The position numbers and the translations under genes are program-made. 64,000 nt of DNA from Azolla caroliniana (taxonomy: Eukaryota; Plantae; Polypodiophyta), in the NCBI GenBank assembly GCA_043228905.1, contig JBHGNT010000050.1:115177-179176 (forward strand). Direction: 5' to 3'. Shown here piece after piece: positions 9,501 through 22,619 of the stretch. The number at the start of each line of letters is the position of its first letter. Within the stretch, counting starts at the first letter, position 1. The notes under the pieces were generated by a model that did not search any database, was not told where the DNA came from, and saw only the letters and a list, made by a program, of their open reading frames with translations.

Positions 9501-12500
9501 TACTCACTCGCTCTTCTCAACTCCCTCCTCCAACATGCTAATTTCCTCATGTCTTTCGACGTCAGTTTCAAAATCTTGATATTTTAATTCTATATCATAG
9601 CTAGCCTTGTTAGCTTCGATTCACATGTTTGAGCACAGAAATCCGATATCACACGAGCCAAGTATGACCATTTTAATTTACTCACTGGCTCTTCTCAACT
9701 CCCTCCTCAAATATGTTAATTTCGTCATGTCTCTCGACCTGAGTTTCAAAATCTCGATTTTTTAATTCTATATCATACCTAGCTTTGTTAGCTTCGATTC
9801 GCATGTTTGAACACAAAAATCAAATATCACACGAGCCAGGTATGACCATTTTAATTTACTCACTCGCTCTTCTCAACTCCCTCCTCCAACATGCTAATTT
9901 CCTCATGTCTTTCGACGTCAGTTTCAAAATCTTGATTTTTTAATTCTATATCATAGCTAGCCTTGTTAGTTTCGATTCGCATGTTTGAACACAGAAATCC
10001 GATATCACACGAGCCAGGTATGACCATTTTAATTTACTCACTCGCTCTTCTCAACTCCCTCCTCCAACATGCTAATTTCCTCATGTCTTTCGACGTCAGT
10101 TTCAAAATCTCGATTTTTTAATTCTATATCATAGCTAGCCTTGTTAGCTTCGATTTGCATGTTTGAACACAGAAATCCGATATCACACGAGCCAGGTATG
10201 ACCATTTAAATTTACTCACTGGCTCTTCTCAACTCCCTCCTCAAATATGCTAATTTCGGCATGTCTCTCGACCTGAGTTTCAAAATCTTGATTTTTAAAT
10301 TCTATATCAAAGCTAGCGTTGTTAGCTTCGATTCGCATGTTTGAACACAAAAATCCGATATTAAACGAGCCAGGTATGACCATTTTAATTTACTCACTCG
10401 CTCTTCTCAACTCCCTCCTCAAATATGCTAATTTCCGCATGTCTCTCGACCTGAGTTTCAAAATCTCGATCTTCTAATTCTATATCATAGCTAGCGTTGT
10501 TAGCTTCGATTCGCATGTTTGAACACAAAAATCCGATATCACACGAGCCAGGTATGAACATTTTAATTTACTCACTAGCTCTTCTCAACTCCCTCCTCAA
10601 ATATTGTAATTTCTTCATGTCTCTCGACCTGAGTTTCAAAATCTCGATTATTTAATTCTATATCATAGCTAGCGTTCTTATCTTCGATTCGCATGTTTGA
10701 ACACAAAAATCCGATATCAGACGTGCCAGGTATGAACATTTTAATTTACTCACTGGCTCTTCTCAACTCCTTCTTGAAATACGCTAATTTCCTCATGTCT
10801 CTCGACCTGAGTTTCAAAATCTCGATTTTTTAATTCTATATCATAGCTAGCGTTGTTAGCTTCGATTTGCATGTTTGAACACAAAAATCCGATATCACAC
10901 GAGCCAGGTATGAACATTTTAATTTACTCACTAGCTCTTCTCAACTCCCTCCTCAAATATTGTAATTTCTTCATGTCTCTCGACCTGAGTTTCAAAGTCT
11001 CGATTATTTAATTCTATATCATAGCTAGCGTTGTTATCTTCGATTCGCATGTTTGAACACAAAAATCCGATATCACACATGCCAGGTATGAACATTTTAA
11101 TTTACTCACTAGCTCTTCTCAACTCCCTCCTCAAATATTCTAATTTCCTCATGTCGCTCGACCTGAGTTTCAAAATCTCGATTTTTTAATTCTATATCAT
11201 AGCTAGCGTTGTTAGCTTCGATTCGCATGTTTGAACACAAAAATCCGATATCACACGAGCCAGGTATGAACATTTTAATTTACTCACTAGCTCTTCTCAA
11301 CTCCCTCCTCAAATATTGTAATTTCCTCATGTCTTTCGACATCAGTTTCAAAATCTTGATTTTTTAATTCTATATCATAGCTAGCGTTGTTAGCTTCGAT
11401 TCGCATGTTTGAACAGAGAAATCCGATATCACACGTGCCAGGTTTGACCAGTTTAATTTACTCACTCGCTCTTCTCAACTCCCTCCTCAAATATGCTAAT
11501 TTCCTCATGTCTCTCGACCTGAGTTTCAAAATCTCGATTTTTTAATTCTATGTCATAACTAGCCTTGTTAGCTTCGATTCGCATGTTTGAACACAGAAAT
11601 CCGATATCACACGAGCCAGGTATGACCATTTTAATTTACTCACTCGCTCTTCTCAACTCCCTCCTCCAACATGCTAATTTCCTCATGTCTTTCGACGTCA
11701 GTTTCCAAATCTCGATTTTTTAATTCTATATCATAGCTAGCCTTGTTAGCTTCGATTCGCATGTTTGAACACAGAAATCCGATATCACACGAGCCAGGTA
11801 TGACCATTTTAATTTACTCACTCGCTCTTCTCAACTCCCTCCTCCAACATGCTAATTTCCTCATGTCTTTCGACGTCAGTTTCAAAATCTTGATTTTTTA
11901 ATTCTATATCATAGCTAGCCTTGTTAGTTTCGATTCGCATGTTTGAACACAAAAATCCGATATCACACGAGCCAGGTATGACCATTTTAATTTACTCACT
12001 CGCTCTTCTCAACTCCCTCCTCCAACATGCTAATTTCCTCATGTCTTTCGACGTCAGTTTCAAAATCTCGATTTTTTAATTCTATATCATAGCTAGCCTT
12101 GTTAGCTTCGATTTGCATGTTTGAACACAGAAATCCGATATCACACGAGCCAGGTATGACCATTTAAATTTACTCACTGGCTCTTCTCAACTCCCTCCTC
12201 AAATATGCTAATTTCGGCATGTCTCTCGACCTGAGTTTCAAAATCTTGATTTTTAAATTCTATATCAAAGCTAGCGTTGTTAGCTTCGATTCGCATGTTT
12301 GAACACAAAAATCCGATATTAAACGAGCCAGGTATGACCATTTTAATTTACTCACTCGCTCTTCTCAACTCCCTCCTCAAATATGCTAATTTCCGCATGT
12401 CTCTCGACCTGAGTTTCAAAATCTCGATCTTCTAATTCTATATCATAGCTAGCGTTGTTAGCTTCGATTCGCATGTTTGAACACAAAAATCCGATATCAC

Positions 12501-14471
12501 ACGAGCCAGGTATGAACATTTTAATTTACTCACTAGCTCTTCTCAACTCCCTCCTCAAATATTGTAATTTCTTCATGTCTCTCGACCTGAGTTTCAAAAT
12601 CTCGATTATTTAATTCTATATCATAGCTAGCGTTCTTATCTTCGATTCGCATGTTTGAACACAAAAATCCGATATCAGACGTGCCAGGTATGAACATTTT
12701 AATTTACTCACTGGCTCTTCTCAACTCCTTCTTGAAATACGCTAATTTCCTCATGTCTCTCGACCTGAGTTTCAAAATCTCGATTTTTTAATTCTATATC
12801 ATAGCTAGCGTTGTTAGCTTCGATTTGCATGTTTGAACAAAAAAATCCGATATCACACGAGCCAGGTATGAACATTTTAATTTACTCACTAGCTCTTCTC
12901 AACTCCCTCCTCAAATATTGTAATTTCTTCATGTCTCTCGACCTGAGTTTCAAAGTCTCGATTATTTAATTCTATATCATAGCTAGCGTTGTTATCTTCG
13001 ATTCGCATGTTTGAACACAAAAATCCGATATCACACGTGCCAGGTATGAACATTTTAATTTACTCACTAGCTCTTCTCAACTCCCTCCTCAAATATTCTA
13101 ATTTCCTCATGTCGCTCGACCTGAGTTTCAAAATCTCGATTTTTTAATTCTATATCATAGCTAGCGTTGTTAGCTTCGATTCGCATGTTTGAACACAAAA
13201 ATCCGATATCACACGAGCCAGGTATGAACATTTTAATTTACTCACTAGCTCTTCTCAACTCCCTCCTCAAATATTGTAATTTCCTCATGTCTTTCGACAT
13301 CAGTTTCAAAATCTTGATTTTTTAATTCTATATCATAGCTAGCGTTGTTAGCTTCGATTCGCATGTTTGAACAGAGAAATCCGATATCACACGTGCCAGG
13401 TTTGACCAGTTTAATTTACTCACTCGCTCTTCTCAACTCCCTCCTCAAATATTGTAATTTCCTCATGTCTCTCGACCTGAGTTTCAAAGTCTTGATTTTT
13501 TAATTCTATATCATAGCTAGCCTTGTTAGTTTCGATTCGCATGTTGGAACACAGAAATCCGATATCACACGAGCCAGGTATGACCATTTTAATTTACTCA
13601 CTCGCTCTTCTCAACTCCCTCCTCCAACATGCTAATTTCCTCATGTCTTTAGACGTCAGTTTCAAAATCTTGATTTTTTAATTCTATATCATAGCTAGCC
13701 TTGTTAGCTTCGATTTGCATGTTTGAACACAGAAATCCGATATCACACGAGCCAGGTATGACCATTTTAATTTACTCATACGCTCTTCTCAACTCCCTCC
13801 TCAAATATGCTAATTTCGGCATGTCTCTCGACCTGAGTTTCAAAATCTTGATTTTTTAATTCTATATCATAGCTAGCCTTGTTAGTTTCGATTCGCATGT
13901 TTGAACACAGAAATCCGATATCACACGAGCCAGGTATGACCATTTTAATTTACTCACTCGCTCTTCTCAACTCCCTCCTCCAACATGCTAATTTCCTCAT
14001 GTCTTTCGACGTCAGTTTCAAAATCTCGATTTTTTAATTCTATATCATAGCTAGCCTTGTTAGCTTCGATTTGCATGTTTGAACACAGAAATCCGATATC
14101 ACACGAGCCAGGTATGACCATTTAAATTTACTCACTGGCTCTTCTCAACTCCCTCCTCAAATATGCTAATTTCGGCATGTCTCTCGACCTGAGTTTCAAA
14201 ATCTTGATTTTTAAATTCTATATCAAAGCTAGCGTTGTTAGCTTCGATTCGCATGTTTGAACACAAAAATACGATATTAAACGAGCCAGGTATGACCATT
14301 TTAATTTACTCACTCGCTCTTCTCAACTCCCTCCTCAAATATGCTAATTTCCGCATGTCTCTCGACCTGAGTTTCAAAATCTCGATCTTCTAATTCTATA
14401 TCATAGCTAGCGTTGTTAGCTTCGATTCGCATGTTTGAACACAAAAATCCGATATCACACGAGCCAGGTAT
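3535..14471 (+). repeat. Block duplicated at 32-monomer offset (5696 bp) containing an 11-mer (1958 bp) higher-order repeat
   Basis: GTTTGAGCAC at 3931/9627 and AAATACGATA at 8571/14267. GATATTAAAC at 4661, 6619, 8577 and at 10357, 12315, 14273. Block ends approximate. Confidence 0.88.
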
Positions 14472-17400
14472 GAACATTTTAATTTACTCACTAGCTCTTC
14501 TCAACTCCCTCCTCAAATATTGTAATTTCTTCATGTCTCTCGACCTGAGTTTCAAAATCTCGATTATTTAATTCTATATCATAGCTAGCGTTCTTATCTT
14601 CGATTCGCATGTTTGAACACAAAAATCCGATATCAGACGTGCCAGGTATGAACATTTTAATTTACTCACTGGCTCTTCTCAACTCCTTCTTGAAATACGC
14701 TAATTTCCTCATGTCTCTCGACCTGAGTTTCAAAATCTCGATTTTTTAATTCTATATCATAGCTAGCGTTGTTAGCTTCGATTCGCATGTTTGAACACAA
14801 AAATCCGATATCAGACGTGCCAGGTATGAACATTTTAATTTACTCACTGGCTCTTCTCAACTCCTTCTTGAAATACGCTAATTTCCTCATGTCTCTCGAC
14901 CTGAGTTTCAAAATCTCGATTTTTTAATTCTATATCATAGCTAGCGTTGTTAGCTTCGATTTGCATGTTTGAACAAAAAAATCCGATATCACACGAGCCA
15001 GGTATGAACATTTTAATTTACTCACTAGCTCTTCTCAACTCCCTCCTCAAATATTGTAATTTCTTCATGTCTCTCGACCTGAGTTTCAAAATCTCGATTA
15101 TTTAATTCTATATCATAGCTAGCGTTCTTATCTTCGATTCGCATGTTTGAACACAAAAATCCGATATCAGACGTGCCAGGTATGAACATTTTAATTTACT
15201 CACTGGCTCTTCTCAACTCATTCTTGAAATACGCTAATTTCCTCATGTCTCTCGACCTGAGTTTCAAAATCTCGATTTTTTAATTCTATATCATAGCTAG
15301 CGTTGTTAGTTTCGATTTGCATGTTTGAACACAAAAATCCGATATCACACGAGCCAGGTATGAACATTTTAATTTACTCACTAGCTCTTCTCAACTCCCT
15401 CCTCAAATATTGTAATTTCTTCATGTCTCTCGACCTGAGTTTCAAAATCTCGATTATTTAATTCTATATCATAGCTAGCGTTGTTATCTTCGATTCGCAT
15501 GTTTGAACACAAAAATCCGATATCACACGTGCCAGGTCTGAACATTTTAATTTACTGACTGGCTCTTCTCAACTCCTTCTTGAAATATGCTAATTTCCTC
15601 ATGTCTCTCGACCTGAGTTTCAAAATCTCGATTTTTTAATTCTATATGATAGCTAGCGTTGTTAGCTTCGATTCGGATGTTTGAACACAAAAATCCGATA
15701 TCACACGAGCCAGGTATGAACATTTTAATTTACTCACTAGCTCTTCTCAACTCCCTCCTCAAATATTCTAATTTCCTCATGTCTTTCGACGTGAGTTTCA
15801 AAATCTTGATTTTTAAATTCTATATCAAAGCTAGCGTTGTTATCTTCGATTCGCATGTTTGAACAGAGAAATCGGATATCACACGTGCCAGGTTTGACCA
15901 GTTTAATTTACTCACTCGCTCTTCTCAACTCCCTCCTCAAATATGCTAATTTCCTCATGTCTCTCGACCTGAGTTTCAAAATCTCGATTTTTTAATTCTA
16001 TGTCATAGCTAGCCTTGTTAGCTTCGATTCGCATGTTTGAACACAGAAATCCGATATCACACGAGCCAGGTATGACCATTTTAATTTACTCACTCGCTCT
16101 TCTCAACTCCCTCCTCCAACATGCTAATTTCCTCATGTCTTTCGACGTCAGTTTCAAAATCTTGATTTTTTAATTCTATATCATAGCTAGCCTTGTTAGT
16201 TTCGATTCGCATGTTTGAACCCAGAAATCCGATATCACACGAGCCAGGTATGACCATTTTAATTTACTCACTCGCTCTTCTCAACTCCCTCCTCCAACAT
16301 GCTAATTTCCTCATGTCTTTCGACGTCAGTTTCAAAATCTCGATTTTTTAATTCTATATCATAGCTAGCCTTGTTAGCTTCGATTTGCATGTTTGAACAC
16401 AGAAATCCGATATCACACGAGCCAAGTATGACCATTTAAATTTACTCACTCGCTCTTCTCAACTCCCTCCTCAAATATGCTAATTTCGGCATGTCTCTCG
16501 ACCTGAGTTTCAAAATCTTGATTTTTAAATTCTATATCAAAGCTAGCGTTGTTAGCTTCGATTCGCATGTTTGAACACAAAAATCCGATATTAAACGAGC
16601 CAGGTATGACCATTTTAATTTACTCACTCGCTCTTCTCAACTCCCTCCTCAAATATGCTAATTTCCGCATGTCTCTCGACCTGAGTTTCAAAATCTCGAT
16701 CTTCTAATTCTATATCATAGCTAGCGTTGTTAGCTTCGATTCGCATGTTTGAACACAAAAATCCGATATCACACGAGCCAGGTATGAACATTTTAATTTA
16801 CTCACTAGCTCTTCTCAACTCCCTCCTCAAATATTGTAATTTCTTCATGTCTCTCGACCTGAGTTTCAAAATCTCGATTATTTAATTCTATATCATAGCT
16901 AGCGTTCTTATCTTCGATTCGCATGTTTGAACACAAAAATCCGATATCAGACGTGCCAGGTATGAACATTTTAATTTACTCACTGGCTCTTCTCAACTCC
17001 TTCTTGAAATACGCTAATTTCCTCATGTCTCTCGACCTGAGTTTCAAAATCTCGATTTTTTAATTCTATATCATAGCTAGCGTTGTTAGCTTCGATTTGC
17101 ATGTTTGAACAAAAAAATCCGATATCACACGAGCCAGGTATGAACATTTTAATTTACTCACTAGCTCTTCTCAACTCCCTCCTCAAATATTGTAATTTCT
17201 TCATGTCTCTCGACCTGAGTTTCAAAATCTCGATTATTTAATTCTATATCATAGCTAGCGTTCTTATCTTCGATTCGCATGTTTGAACACAAAAATCCGA
17301 TATCAGACGTGCCAGGTATGAACATTTTAATTTACTCACTCGCTCTTCTCAACTCCCTCCTCAAATATGCTAATTTCCGCATGTCTCTCGACCTGAGTTT

Positions 17401-18075
17401 CAAAATCTCGATCTTCTAATTCTATATCATAGCTAGCGTTGTTAGCTTCGATTCGCATGTTTGAACACAAAAATCCGATATCACACGAGCCAGGTATGAA
17501 CATTTTAATTTACTCACTAGCTCTTCTCAACTCCCTCCTCAAATATTGTAATTTCTTCATGTCTCTCGACCTGAGTTTCAAAATCTCGATTATTTAATTC
17601 TATATCATAGCTAGCGTTCTTATCTTCGATTCGCATGTTTGAACACAAAAATCCGATATCAGACGTGCCAGGTATGAACATTTTAATTTACTCACTGGCT
17701 CTTCTCAACTCCTTCTTGAAATACGCTAATTTCCTCATGTCTCTCGACCTGAGTTTCAAAATCTCGATTTTTTAATTCTATATCATAGCTAGCGTTGTTA
17801 GCTTCGATTCGCATGTTTGAACACAAAAATCCGATATTAAACGAGCCAGGTATGACCATTTTAATTTACTCACTCGCTCTTCTCAACTCCCTCCTCAAAT
17901 ATGCTAATTTCCGCATGTCTCTCGACCTGAGTTTCAAAATCTCGATCTTCTAATTCTATATCATAGCTAGCGTTGTTAGCTTCGATTCGCATGTTTGAAC
18001 ACAAAAATCCGATATCACACGAGCCAGGTATGAACATTTTAATTTACTCACTAGCTCTTCTCAACTCCCTCCTCA

Positions 18076-21000
18076 AATATTGTAATTTCTTCATGTCTCT
18101 CGACCTGAGTTTCAAAATCTCGATTATTTAATTCTATATCATAGCTAGCGTTCTTATCTTCGATTCGCATGTTTGAACACAAAAATCCGATATCAGACGT
18201 GCCAGGTATGAACATTTTAATTTACTCACTGGCTCTTCTCAACTCCTTCTTGAAATACGCTAATTTCCTCATGTCTCTCGACCTGAGTTTCAAAATCTCG
18301 ATTTTTTAATTCTATATCATAGCTAGCGTTGTTAGCTTCGATTTGCATGTTTGAACAAAAAAATCCGATATCACACGAGCCAGGTATGAACATTTTAATT
18401 TACTCACTAGCTCTTCTCAACTCCCTCCTCAAATATTGTAATTTCTTCATGTCTCTCGACCTGAGTTTCAAAATCTCGATTATTTAATTCTATATCATAG
18501 CTAGCGTTCTTATCTTCGATTCGCATGTTTGAACACAAAAATCCGATATCAGACGTGCCAGGTATGAACATTTTAATTTACTCACTGGCTCTTCTCAACT
18601 CCTTCTTGAAATACGCTAATTTCCTCATGTCTCTCGACCTGAGTTTCAAAATCTCGATTTTTTAATTCTATATCACAGCTAGCGTTGTTAGCTTCGATTT
18701 GCATGTTTGAACAAAAAAATCCGATATCACACGAGCCAGGTATGAACATTTTAATTTACTCACTAGCTCTTCTCAACTCCCTCCTCAAATATTGTAATTT
18801 CTTCATGTCTCTCGACCTGAGTTTCAAAGTCTTGATTTTTTAATTCTATATCATAGCTAGCCTTGTTAGTTTCGATTCGCATGTTGGAACACAGAAATCC
18901 GATATCACACGAGCCAGGTATGACCATTTTAATTTACTCACTCGCTCTTCTCAACTCCCTCCTCCAACATGCTAATTTCCTCATGTCTTTCGACGTCAGT
19001 TTCAAAATCTCGATTTTTTAATTCTATATCATAGCTAGCCTTGTTAGCTTCGATTTGCATGTTTGAACACAGAAATCCGATATCACACGAGCCAGGTATG
19101 ACCATTTTAATTTACTCACTGGCTCTTCTCAACTCCCTCCTCAAATATGCTAATTTCCTCATGTCTCTCGACCTGAGTTTCGAAATCTCAATTTTTTAAT
19201 TCTATATCATAGCTAGCGTTGTTAGCTTCGATTCGCATGTTTGAACACAAAAATCCGATATCAGACGTGCCAGGTATGAACATTTTAATTTACTCACTGG
19301 CTCTTCTCAACTCCTTCTTGAAATACGCTAATTTCCTCATGTCTCTCGACCTGAGTTTCAAAATCTCGATTTTTTAATTCTATATCATAGCTAGCGTTGT
19401 TAGCTTCGATTTGCATGTTTGAACACAAAAATCCGATATCACACGAGCCAGGTATGAACATTTTAATTTACTCACTAGCTCTTCTCAACTCCCTCCTCAA
19501 ATATTGTAATTTCTTCATGTCTCTCGACCTGAGTTTCAAAGTCTCGATTATTTAATTCTATATCATAGCTAGCGTTGTTATCTTCGATTCGCATGTTTGA
19601 ACACAAAAATCCGATATCACACGTGCCAGGTATGAACATTTTAATTTACTCACTAGCTCTTCTCAACTCCCTCCTCAAATATTCTATTTTCCTCATGTCG
19701 CTCGACCTGAGTCTCAAAATCTCGATTTTTTAATTCTATATCATAGCTAGCGTTGTTAGCTTCGATTCGCATGTTTGAACACAAAAATCCGATATCACAC
19801 GAGCCAGGTATGAACATTTTAATTTACTCACTAGCTCTTCTCAACTCCCTCCTCAAATATTGTAATTTCCTCATGTCTTTCGACGTCAGTTTCAAAATCT
19901 TGATTTTTTAATTCTATATCATAGCTAGCGTTGTTAGCTTCGATTCGCATGTTTGAACAGAGAAATCCGATATCACACGTGCCAGGTTTGACCAGTTTAA
20001 TTTACTCACTCGCTCTTCTCAACTCCCTCCTCAAATATGCTAATTTCCTCATGTCTCTCGACCTGAGTTTCAAAATCTCGATTTTTTAATTCTATGTCAT
20101 AGCTAGCCTTGTTAGCTTCGATTCACATGTTTGAACACAGAAATCCGATATCACACGAGCCAGGTATGACCATTTTAATTTACTCACTCGCTCTTCTCAA
20201 CTCCCTCCTCCAACATGCTAATTTCCTCAAATATTGTAATTTCTTCATGTCTCTCGACCTGAGTTTCAAAATCTCGATTATTTAATTCTATATCATAGCT
20301 AGCGTTCTTATCTTCGATTCGCATGTTTGAACACAAAAATCCGATATCAGACGAGCCAGGTATGAACATTTTAATTTACTCACTGGCTCTTCTCAACTCC
20401 TTCTTGAAATACGCTAATTTCCTCATGTCTCTCGACCTGAGTTTCAAAATCTCGATTTTTTAATTCTATATCATAGCTAGCGTTGTTAGCTTCGATTTGC
20501 ATGTTTGAACAAAAAAATCCGATATCACACGAGCCAGGTATGAACATTTTAATTTACTCACTAGCTCTTCTCAACTCCCTCCTCAAATATTGTAATTTCT
20601 TCATGTCTCTCGACCTGAGTTTCAAAATCTCGATTATTTAATTCTATATCATAGCTAGCGTTCTTATCTTCGATTCGCATGTTTGAACACAAAAATCCGA
20701 TATCAGACGTGCCAGGTATGAACATTTTAATTTACTCACTGGCTCTTCTCAACTCCTTCTTGAAATACGCTAATTTCCTCATGTCTCTCGACCTGAGTTT
20801 CAAAATCTCGATTTTTTAATTCTATATCATAGCTAGCGTTGTTAGCTTCGATTTGCATGTTTGAACAAAAAAATCCGATATCACACGAGCCAGGTATGAA
20901 CATTTTAATTTACTCACTAGCTCTTCTCAACTCCCTCCTCAAATATTGTAATTTCTTCATGTCTCTCGACCTGAGTTTCAAAGTCTTGATTTTTTAATTC

Positions 21001-22383
21001 TATATCATAGCTAGCCTTGTTAGTTTCGATTCGCATGTTGGAACACAGAAATCCGATATCACACGAGCCAGGTATGACCATTTTAATTTACTCACTCGCT
21101 CTTCTCAACTCCCTCCTCCAACATGCTAATTTCCTCATGTCTTTCGACGTCAGTTTCAAAATCTCGATTTTTTAATTCTATATCATAGCTAGCCTTGTTA
21201 GCTTCGATTTGCATGTTTGAACACAGAAATCCGATATCACACGAGCCAGGTATGACCATTTTAATTTACTCACTGGCTCTTCTCAACTCCCTCCTCAAAT
21301 ATGCTAATTTCCTCATGTCTCTCGACCTGAGTTTCGAAATCTCAATTTTTTAATTCTATATCATAGCTAGCGTTGTTAGCTTCGATTCGCATGTTTGAAC
21401 ACAAAAATCCGATATCAGACGTGCCAGGTATGAACATTTTAATTTACTCACTGGCTCTTCTCAACTCCTTCTTGAAATACGCTAATTTCCTCATGTCTCT
21501 CGACCTGAGTTTCAAAATCTCGATTTTTTAATTCTATATCATAGCTAGCGTTGTTAGCTTCGATTTGCATGTTTGAACACAAAAATCCGATATCACACGA
21601 GCCAGGTATGAACATTTTAATTTACTCACTAGCTCTTCTCAACTCCCTCCTCAAATATTGTAATTTCTTCATGTCTCTCGACCTGAGTTTCAAAGTCTCG
21701 ATTATTTAATTCTATATCATAGCTAGCGTTGTTATCTTCGATTCGCATGTTTGAACACAAAAATCCGATATCACACGTGCCAGGTATGAACATTTTAATT
21801 TACTCACTAGCTCTTCTCAACTCCCTCCTCAAATATTCTAATTTCCTCATGTCGCTCGACCTGAGTTTCAAAATCTCGATTTTTTAATTCTATATCATAG
21901 CTAGCGTTGTTAGCTTCGATTCGCATGTTTGAACACAAAAATCCGATATCACACGAGCCAGGTATGAACATTTTAATTTACTCACTAGCTCTTCTCAACT
22001 CCCTCCTCAAATATTGTAATTTCCTCATGTCTTTCGACGTCAGTTTCAAAATCTTGATTTTTTAATTCTATATCATAGCTAGCGTTGTTAGCTTCGATTC
22101 GCATGTTTGAACAGAGAAATCCGATATCACACGTGCCAGGTTTGACCAGTTTAATTTACTCACTCGCTCTTCTCAACTCCCTCCTCAAATATGCTAATTT
22201 CCTCATGTCTCTCGACCTGAGTTTCAAAATCTCGATTTTTTAATTCTATGTCATAGCTAGCCTTGTTAGCTTCGATTCACATGTTTGAACACAGAAATCC
22301 GATATCACACGAGCCAGGTATGACCATTTTAATTTACTCACTCGCTCTTCTCAACTCCCTCCTCCAACATGCTAATTTCCTCA
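18076..22383 (+). repeat. 2154-bp tandem duplication (12 monomers + 18 bp) with TCCTCA microhomology junction
   Basis: TCCTCA at 18070, 20224 and 22378. Marker CGAAATCTCA at 19181/21335. One 196-bp monomer (anchors 20143 to 20339). Confidence 0.92.
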
Positions 22384-22619
22384 TGTCTTTTGACGTCAGT
22401 TTCAAAATCTTGATTTTTTAATTCTATATCATAGCTAGCCTTGTTAGCTTCGATTCGCATGTTTGAACACAGAAATCCGATATCACACGAGCCAGGTATG
22501 ACCATTTTAATTTACTCACTCGCTCTTCTCAACTCCCTCCTCCAACATGCTAATTTCCTCATGTCTTTCGACGTCAGTTTTCAAAATCTCGATTTTTTAA
22601 TTCTATATCATAGCTAGCC

